A DNA stretch of 64,000 nucleotides from an uncultured Planctomycetota bacterium. Lineage in GTDB: Bacteria > Planctomycetota > Planctomycetia > Isosphaerales > Isosphaeraceae. How positions within the stretch are numbered: position 1 is the stretch's first letter; every line of letters begins with the position of its first letter. Below are positions 35,901-45,604 of this stretch, piece by piece. The stretch is from assembly GCA_963845755.1 (NCBI GenBank), contig CAWJTV010000019.1, forward strand, positions 192,001 through 256,000, in the 5' to 3' direction. The notes under the pieces are model-generated. The model made no database searches and was not told where the DNA came from. It worked only from the letters and a program-made list of their open reading frames with translations. A program made the translations under genes and the position numbers.

Positions 35901-36518
35901 ATCGTTGAGGACTCCAGCGGCGCGATCGAGACCAGCTTCACGGGCGATGTCACTCTCGCGCTGGCGAGCGGTCCGGGTGGCGCCATCCTCGGCGGCAACC
36001 TGACGATGCCGGTAAACGCTGGCAAAGTCACGTTCTACGGCCTGACCCTGAACGTGCCCGGCTCGGGCTATGCCATCCGGGCCACCGGCAGCGGTTTCTC
36101 TCCCGCGGTCACGGCACCGATCACGGTGGAGGAACCGCCGGCAACGCAGCTCGTGGTCGCCGCCCAACCTCCCCCGACCGTCACGGCGAACCAACCCTTC
36201 GGCTTCACCGTCGCCATTGAGGACGCGTCCGGTGCCCAGGCCTCCAGCTTCCAGGGGGATGTGACCATCGCCTTGTCGGGCAAGCATCCGAAGGGAAGTC
36301 TTCACGGCACGCTCACGGTCGCGGCGATCGACGGCCTGGCCACTTTCACGGGCTTAACGCTGACCGGACCGAGAAAGGGTTATACGATGAAGGTGACCGC
36401 AAGCGGGCTCACCTCCGCGACGACGACGCCTCTCAACCTTTCCCCCGCGGCCCGGCATCCGGCGGTGGTCGCCCGGCCTCATCCTTCCCGGGCAAGGAGG
36501 ATGAAGGTCCGCTTATGA
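32946..36518 (+). CDS. S53 (sedolisin/kumamolisin-like) peptidase with planctomycete extracellular leader and 7 Ig-like repeats
   Basis: RPLLEDLEIRLAPA leader; EEALDVEWAHAIAP, TGDSG, PDVS, GGTSLAAP, GYDEVTGLGSP; ~105-aa repeats QLVVxxQPP...EDxxGN...GVATFxGL. Confidence 0.9.
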   Translation: MLFRSQPRRPLRSRHGRAARPLLEDLEIRLAPAAFNLGPSPDVMVSVGDLYGVQPQGFGVPLSSSYSPQQIRLAYGLDQIAFGTIQGNGSGQTIAIVDAYDDPSLVDSSSSNFPISDLARFDQEFDLPDPPKFTKLNEYGADIGGSTVGAAPGLDPAGAGNPNGNWEAEEALDVEWAHAIAPAASIILVECNSAASQDLYTGVAMAADLPGVSVVSMSWGSAESNLGSGGSSFELGSDGVLTTPSGHQGVTFVAATGDSGSPGGYPADSPNVVAVGGTSLTLNWFDAYSGETAWSGSGGGTSQYEEEPAYQGGVQSTGKRTIPDVSFDADPNTGVAVYDSYNNGSTTPWSQVGGTSLAAPCWAGLIAVANQGRVAQGGTTLDGPSQTLPALYTLPASDFHDITIGSNGGFSAGPGYDEVTGLGSPVANSLVPDLASYDLPSQLVVSNGPPSSVTAGNSFGLTVTVEDRLEDLITSFDGNVTIALANGSGTGALGGTLTVKASQGIATFTGLTLGTAGDGDTLQVSINGGAVTATTSPLNVTPGAATQLVVTTQPPASMVVGTSFGLVVSAEDSYGNVDTSFDGNVTIALAGDAGDGALGGTLTVAASQGVATFTGLTRTRAGTGDSIHVSAGDLSPATSQTFDVTPAAAVGLVVTTEPPSSVTAGNAFGLTVAAEDNYGNVDTSFDGTGTVALASDPGDGTLNGLDLTVTANHGVATFTGMTLDTPGNGYTLQVSSTGVSSTTTTPFRVPPGPAASLVVTSQPTATVAPGSRFGLVITAEDSYGNVATSFDGNVTVVLGTIGGTIPTLGGTLTVAAIDGVATFTDLTLDTAGTGYTLRVTSGSFLSGTTDPLTVKVGPPTQLVITSQPPTGVDVGDPFGMTVVAEDSFGNVATSFNGAVTVALVGAAADGALAGTVTVAAVQGVASFTGLALDIANSGYTVQATSIGLTAATTTPVAVIIGPVPHLMLLSPPSAVTVGQYFQATVIVEDSSGAIETSFTGDVTLALASGPGGAILGGNLTMPVNAGKVTFYGLTLNVPGSGYAIRATGSGFSPAVTAPITVEEPPATQLVVAAQPPPTVTANQPFGFTVAIEDASGAQASSFQGDVTIALSGKHPKGSLHGTLTVAAIDGLATFTGLTLTGPRKGYTMKVTASGLTSATTTPLNLSPAARHPAVVARPHPSRARRMKVRL

Positions 36519-36643
36519 TTAGATAATGATCCCATGATCGGCACCACGGTTTATCATTGACTTTTCACGACTCGAACGATAAGAAGATAGTGGTACTCTG
36601 TTCAGAAGGACTCTCGAGCGATTATGGGCCGGAAGGAGACGCC

Positions 36644-37192
36644 ATGAGTTTTCCTTTAAGAGTATTGAAGACAATTCAGGCCATAGGCGTCCTGCTCCGT
36701 CACGACGGGGTGAAACGGATGAACTATATGCGGCTCCTGAAATTGCTCTACATTGCAGACCGTGAGAGTCTTAAGGAGACGGGACGCCCCATCACGGGAG
36801 GGCCGGTCGTCGCCATGGAACGTGGCCCTGGGCTCCAAGAGGTCTACGACCTGATCCTGGGCCAACATCGTGAGATGTCCCTCTGGTCCCAATTCTACCG
36901 CAAGGAAAAATACGATCTGCTCGAGCTGGCGGAGCCGGACGTCGGTCAACTTTCCAAGTTCGAGATCGGCAAGCTTCTGGAAGTCGCCAAGACCTACGAA
37001 GACGATGATGAGTGGGCGCTGGTCGACATCACTCACCGATTCCCGGAGTGGATCCAGAATGATCCCGGAAAGGCTTCGAAGCCGATCCCTCTGTCAAACA
37101 TCCTGGAAGCACTCGGGCAAGCTGATGCCATCGATGTGATATCGAAGGAGGCTCAGAGTCTAACCGCCTTCCATCGCCTGTTAGGGAAGTAG
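36644..37192 (+). CDS. Panacea domain (DUF4065/SocA-like) antitoxin
   Basis: MNYMRLLKLLYIADR...GRPITG...AMERGP; LVDITHRFPEW; AAGGAG RBS. Confidence 0.85.
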   Translation: MSFPLRVLKTIQAIGVLLRHDGVKRMNYMRLLKLLYIADRESLKETGRPITGGPVVAMERGPGLQEVYDLILGQHREMSLWSQFYRKEKYDLLELAEPDVGQLSKFEIGKLLEVAKTYEDDDEWALVDITHRFPEWIQNDPGKASKPIPLSNILEALGQADAIDVISKEAQSLTAFHRLLGK

Positions 37193-37198
37193 TCGAGT

Positions 37199-37573
37199 AT
37201 GGAAGCCGGCACGACCTTCCTATTGAGCGCCGTCGATATCCACCTCTGGATCATCATCTCCGATGCCAAGCGGGATCCTGAGAACGTCCTGATCGTAAAT
37301 CTGACGACTCTCGATCCTCGCAAGGAGCGATCGTGTCTGCTCAAGGCGGGGGACCATCCTTGGATCCGACATGATACCTGCGTCAATTATGGCGACTCAC
37401 AAGTCACGACCCTCGATAAGCTCGTGGCTGCCCGAGATGGTAATGCTTTGATGATACAGAACCCATTGAGGCCCGACATCCTGCAACGGATCCGTGAGGG
37501 TGCTTTGAGTTCGACCAAGATGCCGCTCGATCATGCGGACCTCTGGATCAACCAAGGATTGGTACAGCCGTAG
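37199..37573 (+). CDS. Putative toxin, PemK/MazF-like fold
   Basis: HLWIIIS...VLIVNLTT...LLKAGDHPWIRHDTCVNY; starts 6 bp after the antitoxin gene. Confidence 0.6.
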   Translation: MEAGTTFLLSAVDIHLWIIISDAKRDPENVLIVNLTTLDPRKERSCLLKAGDHPWIRHDTCVNYGDSQVTTLDKLVAARDGNALMIQNPLRPDILQRIREGALSSTKMPLDHADLWINQGLVQP

Positions 37574-37652
37574 AAATCCCACAATTCGAGCAAAGGCTTT
37601 TCCGCGCCGCCGCGTTGGGGGTGCAGACTCAAGCCAGTCAGGATTGGCATCC

Positions 37653-38876
37653 TCACGACCGCCCGAGCCGGACGGAGATATCTATCGCTTGGCCGTCGCG
37701 GACGACGGTGATCCGGACGGTCTCGCCGGGCCGATGCTTCTCGACCTCGGTGAGCAGCTCGTCGAGGGTTCGCACGCGCTCGTGCTCGACGGCGACGATC
37801 AGGTCGGCGCTGTTGGGGTTGACGGTCCGGCGGGTGACGGGCCCGAATCGCTCGACCCGCACCTGGACGCCCAGGAGCCCCGCGCGCTCGGCCGGTCCCC
37901 CGTCCACCAGGGAGACGATGAGCAGGCCCTTGCCGGTGGCATAGAACCGGCTGATCCCCAGGTCAGCCCGGACGACCCGGCCGTTGCGGATCAACGGGTC
38001 GAGGATCCGCACGATCCCGTTGATCGGCACGGCGAAGCTGATGCCGGCCGACTGGCCGACATGGCTGACGATCGCGGTGTTCATGCCGATCACTTCGCCG
38101 CGCGAATTGAGCAATGGGCCGCCCGAATTGCCGGGATTGATCGCCGCGTCCGTCTGGATGATGCCCTTCATCATCCGGCCGTGATTGGCCCGGAACGAGC
38201 GGTCGAGACTGCTGACGATCCCCGCGGTGAGGGTCCGCTCCAGCCCGAACGGGTTGCCCAGCGCCAGGATCTTCTGGCCGACGAGGATCTTCGAGGAATC
38301 CCCGAACGTCACGGGTACCAGCTTCTCGGCCGGCACCTGGATCTTCAGCACGGCCACGTCGTTGGGCTCATCGGCACCGATGAGCCGGGCGTCGTGAGCC
38401 GAGCCGTCGAACAACTTGACCCGGACCGAATCGGCATCCTGGATGACGTGGAAATTGGTCAGGATGTGGCCCTGCTTATCGATGACGAATCCGGAGCCGC
38501 CGCCCGTGCTCGTCTCGTCGCCGAAGAAGCCCAGTCCCTCGGCCTCGGTCGTGATGTTGACCACGCTCTTGTTGACCGCGGCGTAGACCTGGATGTTGAT
38601 CCGTTCGTCGGCGTCGAGGCCCTTGAGCACGTCCTCCGGCGGAGGCGGCGTCGCGGATGCGACCACGGCGCCGTGCGCGGGGGTCGCGCGCGGCGAAGGG
38701 GCGATCGGCAGCGGGGAAGGGGGTACGGGCGCAACCCGCTCGTTGGGTCCGCCCGGGATCTGTGCCAGCGGCGGCCTCCGCAACCCCAGGCGATCGCCGA
38801 AGAGCACCGCGACCAGCAACAAGGTCACCGCAACCGTGGCAGCATGCGCCAGGATCGGCCTCCAACCGATCGACAT
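37653..38876 (-). CDS. HtrA/DegP-like S1C serine protease with PDZ domain
   Basis: GSGFVID...LTNFHV; DVAVLK; IQTDAAINPGNSGGPL; N-terminal TM segment. Confidence 0.95.
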   Translation of the reverse strand: MSIGWRPILAHAATVAVTLLLVAVLFGDRLGLRRPPLAQIPGGPNERVAPVPPSPLPIAPSPRATPAHGAVVASATPPPPEDVLKGLDADERINIQVYAAVNKSVVNITTEAEGLGFFGDETSTGGGSGFVIDKQGHILTNFHVIQDADSVRVKLFDGSAHDARLIGADEPNDVAVLKIQVPAEKLVPVTFGDSSKILVGQKILALGNPFGLERTLTAGIVSSLDRSFRANHGRMMKGIIQTDAAINPGNSGGPLLNSRGEVIGMNTAIVSHVGQSAGISFAVPINGIVRILDPLIRNGRVVRADLGISRFYATGKGLLIVSLVDGGPAERAGLLGVQVRVERFGPVTRRTVNPNSADLIVAVEHERVRTLDELLTEVEKHRPGETVRITVVRDGQAIDISVRLGRS

Positions 38877-39232
38877 CGGGTTTTCCTTATTCATGATCGT
38901 GTCCTTCCCCAAAAACTGGACGGTCCAGCCTCAGATGACGTTAAATAATCAATCCAGCATTTGTGATTGCCGCGATCCCTGGGGGTGTCGCGCTCCGGCG
39001 CCGACTCCAGCCACTCGACCCTCGTTGTGGGCTTCCAGGAGTGGCTGGGGTCGAAGCCGGCTCCAGCCGGCGAGTTCCCAGGAGCGATCCGGCGCGACGA
39101 GGCACGGTGGAATGAGGCAGCGGCCTGCCGTTCTCGTCGTCCGGAGCGCGCTGGTTATTATATACGTCGCGACGGGTGAACCGCGACGTTTTCCGCGGGA
39201 AGGTGCGGCTCCGACCGGGCCGGATCGGGGGT

Positions 39233-40440
39233 TTACCGATCGGTATCCGGGCCGGCCGAGCTGGTCTCGAACTCGGCATCGGCGCGGCTGCGGGGTTGGC
39301 CGCCCCGGGTGCGAGCGGGCGCGCGGTCGGTGTCGCGGGTGGCTCGGGCGCGCTCGACCTTGTTCACGTCGAGGAACAGGAGGACCTCGGTGGCGGTCGG
39401 GAATGTCCCCGGGATCGGGAGGTTGAACAGGCCGTTCTTCTTGTCGTGGATCCGGGGTGGATCCCGCACGAGATGATCAGCGTCTGGCCCAGCTTCCAGT
39501 CCGTGACGGTCTTCTCCAGCCGGGTCTCGGTTGCATCCGGCACGTCGATGCTCGACTCGGCCAAACCGACCTCACGGGGGGCGATCACCCGGGTCCGGTG
39601 CAGAGAGCGGAGCGTGTTGACCGACAGGTCGATCTTGGCGTCAACGGCGGTCCCCTCGAAATTCAACAGCGGGCTGAACTTGAGGACGATCCCCTCATAG
39701 AGCGTCACGGGACGGGGCTGGAACGACAGGCCGGCGGTGCTATCGCGCTGAAGGCCGCCGACGAACTTTCGCTCTTCCAGGGTCTGGTACTTGACGGTCT
39801 GGCCATTGATCATTTCCAGGCCCCTGTGGGACAGGGGTCGAAAACCCTGCTGGACCTGCATCTGCGAGAGGATGAGTGCGGCATCCTTCATGTCCATCGT
39901 CCAGATCTGCTGTCCCTGCGGGCCGGCGCCGACGTAGGTGAGCCGCGAGTAGACCGTGTACCGCCATCGCGGGTCCACGGCCGCCACGAGCTGGACGTTG
40001 ACGGTCAGCATGTCCTCGACCGCATTGGTGAATCGCTCGACGATATCACTTACCTGCTTGAGGACTTGCGGCGAGTTGTAGGCTGAGAGCGAGCTCCGGT
40101 TGGCCCAGAGCGCGGCGGCCCGTTCGCCGTGCCACTCGGGCATGCCGGTCCGCAGGAAGATCCAGTCGATGATCGCCTTCTCCGGAGGCGCCTGGTGGCT
40201 GGAGATGCGGGTGTACCCCGAGATGTCCCACGTCTTCAACTGGAACCCGCGTTCCTTGGGGAACCCGGCGGGTAGGTCGGCGTCTCCAGACCCGGCATCG
40301 GCCGTGTCGCGATCGTCCACGACCGATTCGGCGGGCGTCTCCCGTCGCGCGAGTTTTCGGCCCTGCCCTTGCGCGAGGAGACTTCGCGGGACCAGGCCGC
40401 CCAGAAACATCGACGCTAACAGTGCCGTGCGGCGGTTCAT
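39233..40440 (-). CDS. Exported protein with divergent secretin-like features; frameshift near 39450
   Basis: MNRRTALL leader; NSPQVLKQVSDIVERF...TVNVQLV; INGQTV; EGIVLKFSP; VPDATETRLEKTV...GQTLIISCG; TEVLLFLDV. Confidence 0.55.
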
Positions 40441-41088
40441 GCCAGGAGGCCTCCTTGCCGGGCTGGCGGGCTCGGGATCTCATCGGACCAGGATCCCGAG
40501 ACAAGAGTGGCGAGAGTCATGCTGTCATGGAGTAAGCGGCGACCATCGCGGCGGGGCGCTCGCCTCTGGGGCGACGCGCATCCAGATCGAGGCACCAAGA
40601 CTAACGCCCCGGAGCCTAACCGCGGTGCTTCATAGCAGACGGGCGGTTTTCGCTCAAGGCCAACCTGTCGGGAGTAGCAAGCGGCCAAGCGGCAAGTGGC
40701 CGGTGAAATCAAGACCGGTTTCTCCACAACGCCCGAGCCCCGGGCACGATCGCTCCCAGGAGTGGCGCGTGGGATTTCGTAGAGCCTACCGACTTGCCAC
40801 TCCCGGCGCCCCTTGCTGCCCACAACTCACGACCCCAATTTGTGGGCTACACTACTTCCAGATACCGGGAAGGCAGGGTGGTCACCTGGGGGCCGGCGAG
40901 GACGGGGTACCGACGTGGGTTTCCCGTTCAGCGTCGATGCTATGCGGCACGGATCCCTCGGGAACGACCCTGGACCACTGGCCGATCGCCATCGGATCGA
41001 ATCGGTCATTGGTTATTGGTGGCACAAGAACACGAGAACGGCCCGAACCGTTTGCGTACGAACCACTCGCCAGTAACCACCAGCAACT

Positions 41089-44000
41089 ATGGAGAGTGGC
41101 ATGGCCCCCCTTCAACGAGCTGTACGCCGAGCCCGACCGCGCAACCCGCCGCGCATTCCTGACATCTCGGGACGACCTGGAAGTCCGCATCGTCCCCGCC
41201 CTGATCAGCACCGGCGCGACCGCGGTCGCAGTGATATCGCCGGTCCTCGTGCCTCCGGGATCTCGGCCGATCGAGCCCGACGGCGGCGGTGAGTCTCCCG
41301 GCGGCTACACTCCGCAAGAAATCCAGACCGCCTATGGAGTCAACAGCATCCGCTTCGGCTCGATCACCGGCGATGGGGCGGGCCAGACCATCGCGATCGT
41401 CGACGCGTACGATGACCCCGGACTGGTGGATAGCGCGGCCTCCCATTTCAGCACCAGCGACCTGGCCCAGTTCGACCAGGCGTTCGGCCTGGCAGACCCG
41501 CCCAGCTTCACGAAGGTCAACCAGAACGGCGACACGTCCGGCCTGCCCGGCACGGACCCGGCGGGCGCGGGGAGTTCTAGCGGGAACTGGGAGTACGAGG
41601 AAGCCATGGATGTGGAGTGGGCCCACGCCCTCGCCCCCGCGGCGAGCATCGTGCTCGTCGAAGCCGATTCGAACAGCTTCAGCGACCTGACTTCCGCGAT
41701 CACCATCGCGGCCAACCTCCCCGGCGTCTCGGTGGTCTCGTTGAGCTGGGGCTCGTCGGAATTCAGCGGAGAGTCGTTCTGGGATTCCGACTTCGAGACG
41801 CCGACCGGCCACCAGGGCGTGACCTTCGTGGCCGCCTCGGGCGACGGAGGGTCTCCGGGCATCTACCCGGCGTCGTCGCCGAACGTGGTAGCCGCCGGTG
41901 GCACCACGCTGCGGCTCGGTTCGGGCGGTTCTTACCAAGGCGAGACGGCCTGGTCCGGCAGCGGCGGCGGGGTCAGCGCCGACGAGAACGAGCCGGCGTA
42001 CCAGGATGGGGTCCAGAGCACCGGCTTTCGGACGACCCCCGACGTGGCGTTCGTGGCCGATCGGTCCACGGGCGTCGCGGTCTACGACTCCTACGACAAC
42101 ACCGGCGGCGGCCCCTGGAATGAAATGGGCGGCACCAGCCTCGCCGCCCCGAGTTGGGCCGCCCTGATCGCCATCGCCGACCAGGGTCGGGTTGCCGAGG
42201 GGGGGACGACCCTCGATGGCGCAACGCAGACCCTGCCCGCACTCTATTCGCTCCCCGCCGCCGACTTCCACGACATCACCGGCGGCAGCAACGGTGGCTA
42301 CAACGCCGGGCCGGGATACGACGAGGTCACAGGGCTGGGTACGCCGGTCGCAAATCTCCTGGTCCCCGATCTCGCCTCGTACGGCATGCCGGACCAGCTC
42401 GTCGTGACCGCGCAGCCGCCCGGTTCGGTCACGGCCGGCAGCCCGTTCGCCCTGGTCGTCGACGTCGAGAGCCCCAGCGGCACACCGATCACCGGCGCGA
42501 CCGGCACCGTGACTCTCTCCCTGGCCAACGACCCGGGCGGAGCGGCCCTGAATGGCACGCTGACGGCGACCATCAACCAGGGCGTCGCCACGTTCTCGGG
42601 CCTGACGATCGATCAGGCCGGCACCGGCTATGCCCTGCTCGTCAGCGGAAGTAACCTCGGTTCGGCGACCTCGGGCTCATTCAACGTCGTGCCGGCCGCG
42701 GCCTCCCAGCTCGTCATCAGCGCGCAACCTCCGGCCATCGTCACGGCCGGTGGCGCGTTTGGCCTGACGGTCAGCGTCGAGGATCCATTTGGCAACCTCG
42801 AGGCCGGCTACGGCGGCAGCGTCGCGCTCGCACTCGGAGCCAATCCGGGCGGGGGCAGCCTGGGCGGCGAGGTCACGGTCACGGCATCCGGCGGCGTGGC
42901 CAGTTTCTCCGGCCTGACCCTCGACCAGGCCGGGGCCGGTTACGCGATCCAGGCGAGCGCGAGCGGGCTCCTCGCCGGGACCACGCAATCCTTCAACGTG
43001 ATCCCCGCAACACCCGCACAGCTCGTGATGGCGGCGGAACCCGCGCCGGCGATCACCGCAGGCGCCGGGTTCGGCCTGGCGGTCTCGGTCGAGGACGTTT
43101 ACGGCAACCTCGAAACCAGCTATAGCGGCAATGTCGCGGTGAGCCTGACCGGCGGTCCCGGCGGGGCCAGCCTGGGCGGTACGCTCAATCTGCCGGCATC
43201 CGGCGGCGTTGCCAGTTTCTCCGGCCTGACCCTCGACCAGGCCGGGACCGGTTACGCGATCGGCGCCGTCGGCACCGGCCTTTCGTCCGCCACGACGTCG
43301 AGCTTCAATGTGATCCCCGCTGCACCGGCCCAGCTCGTGATCATCGCAGGTCCCCCGGCGACCGTGACGGCCGGAGCCGGGTTCGGCCTCTCGGCGTCGA
43401 TTGAGGACGCCTACGGCAACCTCGAGACGACCGACAGTAGCCAGGTCACACTCGCCCTGACCGGAGGGCCCGACACACTGTCCATCGCCGGCACGAGCGC
43501 GGTTTCCGCCGTCGGCGGCATGGCCAGCTTTTCGGACCTCGCGCTCGACCAGGCCGGGTCGGGTTATACCATCCACCTCGCGAGCGATGGCCTGACGACC
43601 GCGACCACGACGGCCTTCACCGTGAACCCCGCCGCGCCCAGCCGACTGGTCATCACGGCCGAGCCCACGACCAGCGTCACGGCCGGCCAGGCGTTCGGCG
43701 TCACGGTCGCGGTCGAGGACGCGTTCGGCAACGCGGAGCCGTCCTATAACGGCGACCTGACGCTCGCCCTGGCAGGGGGCGCCGCGGGGACGAGCCTGGG
43801 CGGAGACCTCACGCTCGCCGCGGATGGCGGAGTCGCCAGCTTCTCGGGCCTCTCGCTCGATCGAGTGGACGGCGGCTACACGATCCAGGCCCGCGGTGAC
43901 GGCCTCACCGGCGCCTCCACGACGGCCTTCCAGGTTACGCCCGCCGCGGCGTCCCAATTGGTGATGGTCGCCCAGCCCCCGACCAAGCTGAGCGCCGGGC

Positions 44001-44976
44001 AACCGTTCGGCTTCACCGTGGCCGCCGAGGACCCGTTCGGGAACCTCGCCACCACCTTCGACGGCAGCGTGTCGGCCGCGATGGCCCACGATCCCGCCGG
44101 CGCTCTGCTTTCGGGCATCGTGACAGTCACCGCCGACAGCGGCCTGGCTCGCTTCTCCGGACTGACGATCGACGAGGCCGGCGCGGGCTACACACTGAAC
44201 GCGACCGCCGGCAACCTGTCCGCAACGACCACCGTCTCGATCGAGGTCAGCCCGACGGCGGCGACCCGGCTGATCGTCACCGTGCAACCTCCCTCGAGCG
44301 TCACGGCCGGAAGCGGCTTCGGACTGGTCGCCACGGCCGAGGATCCGTTCGGCAACGTGGACACGTCCTTCCAGGGCGATGTGACGGCATCGCTCTCGCC
44401 CTGGCTCGACGCGGACGCGCTCGGCGGCACGAGCCGCGTATCGGCCGTCAACGGCGTGGCGCGTTTCTCCGATCTCACGCTCTACCGGGCCGTCGCCGGA
44501 GATTCGCTGCAAATCGCCTCCGTCGGTCTGTCTACGGCGACGACGAATCTTCGTTCGCAGTGAACCCCGCCGCACCGACCCAGGTCGTCCTGATCTCCCA
44601 GCCGCCCGGGAAGATCCCCCAGCACCAGTCCTTCAGTTTCGCCGCCGCGGTGGAGGATGCGTTCGGGAACATCGTCACGAGCTACAATGGCACCGTGAGC
44701 GTCACCCTGTCAAACAATCCCAGTCATGCCCGGTTCCACGGCTCGCTCACGGTCCAGGCCGGCGCGGGCGTGGCCGTCTTCGATGGCTCGATGTCGAAGA
44801 AGCGCGGCAAGGGAGACGCCGCCCTGAGCGTCTCCGCCCTCGGCCTGACGCCCGCCACCTCGACCGTCTTCCAGGTCGCCCATCCGAATCCAGCAGCGTC
44901 CGTCTTCACGGCCCGCTTCCGCCACGGCCGGGTCCGCGATCACGCGTTGCGACCGACTTTGCGTCGGGGTCACTGA
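41089..44976 (+). CDS. Second S53 peptidase with 8 Ig-like repeats; frameshifts near 41160 and 44550
   Basis: DDLEVRIVPA leader; EEAMDVEWAHALAP; SGDGG; GGTSLAAP; GYDEVTGLGTP; same repeats as 32946..36518. Confidence 0.85.
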
Positions 44977-44977
44977 T

Positions 44978-45604
44978 TCACAACGAACTTATAAACGACC
45001 AGAGATCCGTGAACGCATCGGAATCCCAGGGCCAGTATCCCGCCTGGGCAGCTTCGCCGACTCGCAAGGCAGGCTTGGGGCGCGACGCGAGCCAGGCATG
45101 AGCTCGCGCCTTGTAGAGGTTCGTCGGAAGTGGAACGTGCCCCTGAAGACATTGGAAATAGCCGTCCACGCAAGGAAACTCGGGCAGTCCGGATACGGAC
45201 TGAAGACAGAGCGTTTCCAGCATTCCATCATCGACTCCGTTTGGGACGATGAAGATGCCCACGCGCGGCGGGCCATCGACGAACTGGCCATGAGCGACGG
45301 GACAGGGCAGTCCGACGTGCCTCAAGGAACCGCAGATGGATTGGAAGGCCTGGATCGCCGAAGGCACGGTCGAACCGGGAGCTGTCGCGTCGGCATCCCG
45401 GATGATCGCCAAGGATTGAACGTTTGAGAAAAGCGGGTCGTTCACCAGGCCCGCGAGGTTCGCGGTCAAGCGGGTCTTCCCACCGATCGGCATGACCTGG
45501 ATGTCGGCGAGCCCGAGGTGATCCCGCAGCGCGGCCGCGAAGAACTGCTCCTCATCATGTCCCTCGACGATGAGCAACCTGGGTCGCTGGATCTGGGCAC
45601 TCAT
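44978..45604 (-). CDS. DUF3226-like TOPRIM-fold protein
   Basis: LLIVEGHDE...GGK...AIIRDAD...GMLETLCL...KA...WLA; start overlaps the ATPase stop (ATGA). Confidence 0.75.
   Translation of the reverse strand: MSAQIQRPRLLIVEGHDEEQFFAAALRDHLGLADIQVMPIGGKTRLTANLAGLVNDPLFSNVQSLAIIRDADATAPGSTVPSAIQAFQSICGSLRHVGLPCPVAHGQFVDGPPRVGIFIVPNGVDDGMLETLCLQSVSGLPEFPCVDGYFQCLQGHVPLPTNLYKARAHAWLASRPKPALRVGEAAQAGYWPWDSDAFTDLWSFISSL

Noticed and set aside
40100..41088. N-terminal 330 aa of the 1487-aa ORF
   Set aside because: Antisense to the 39233..40440 gene plus intergenic DNA; the paralog shows the protein starts near 41089
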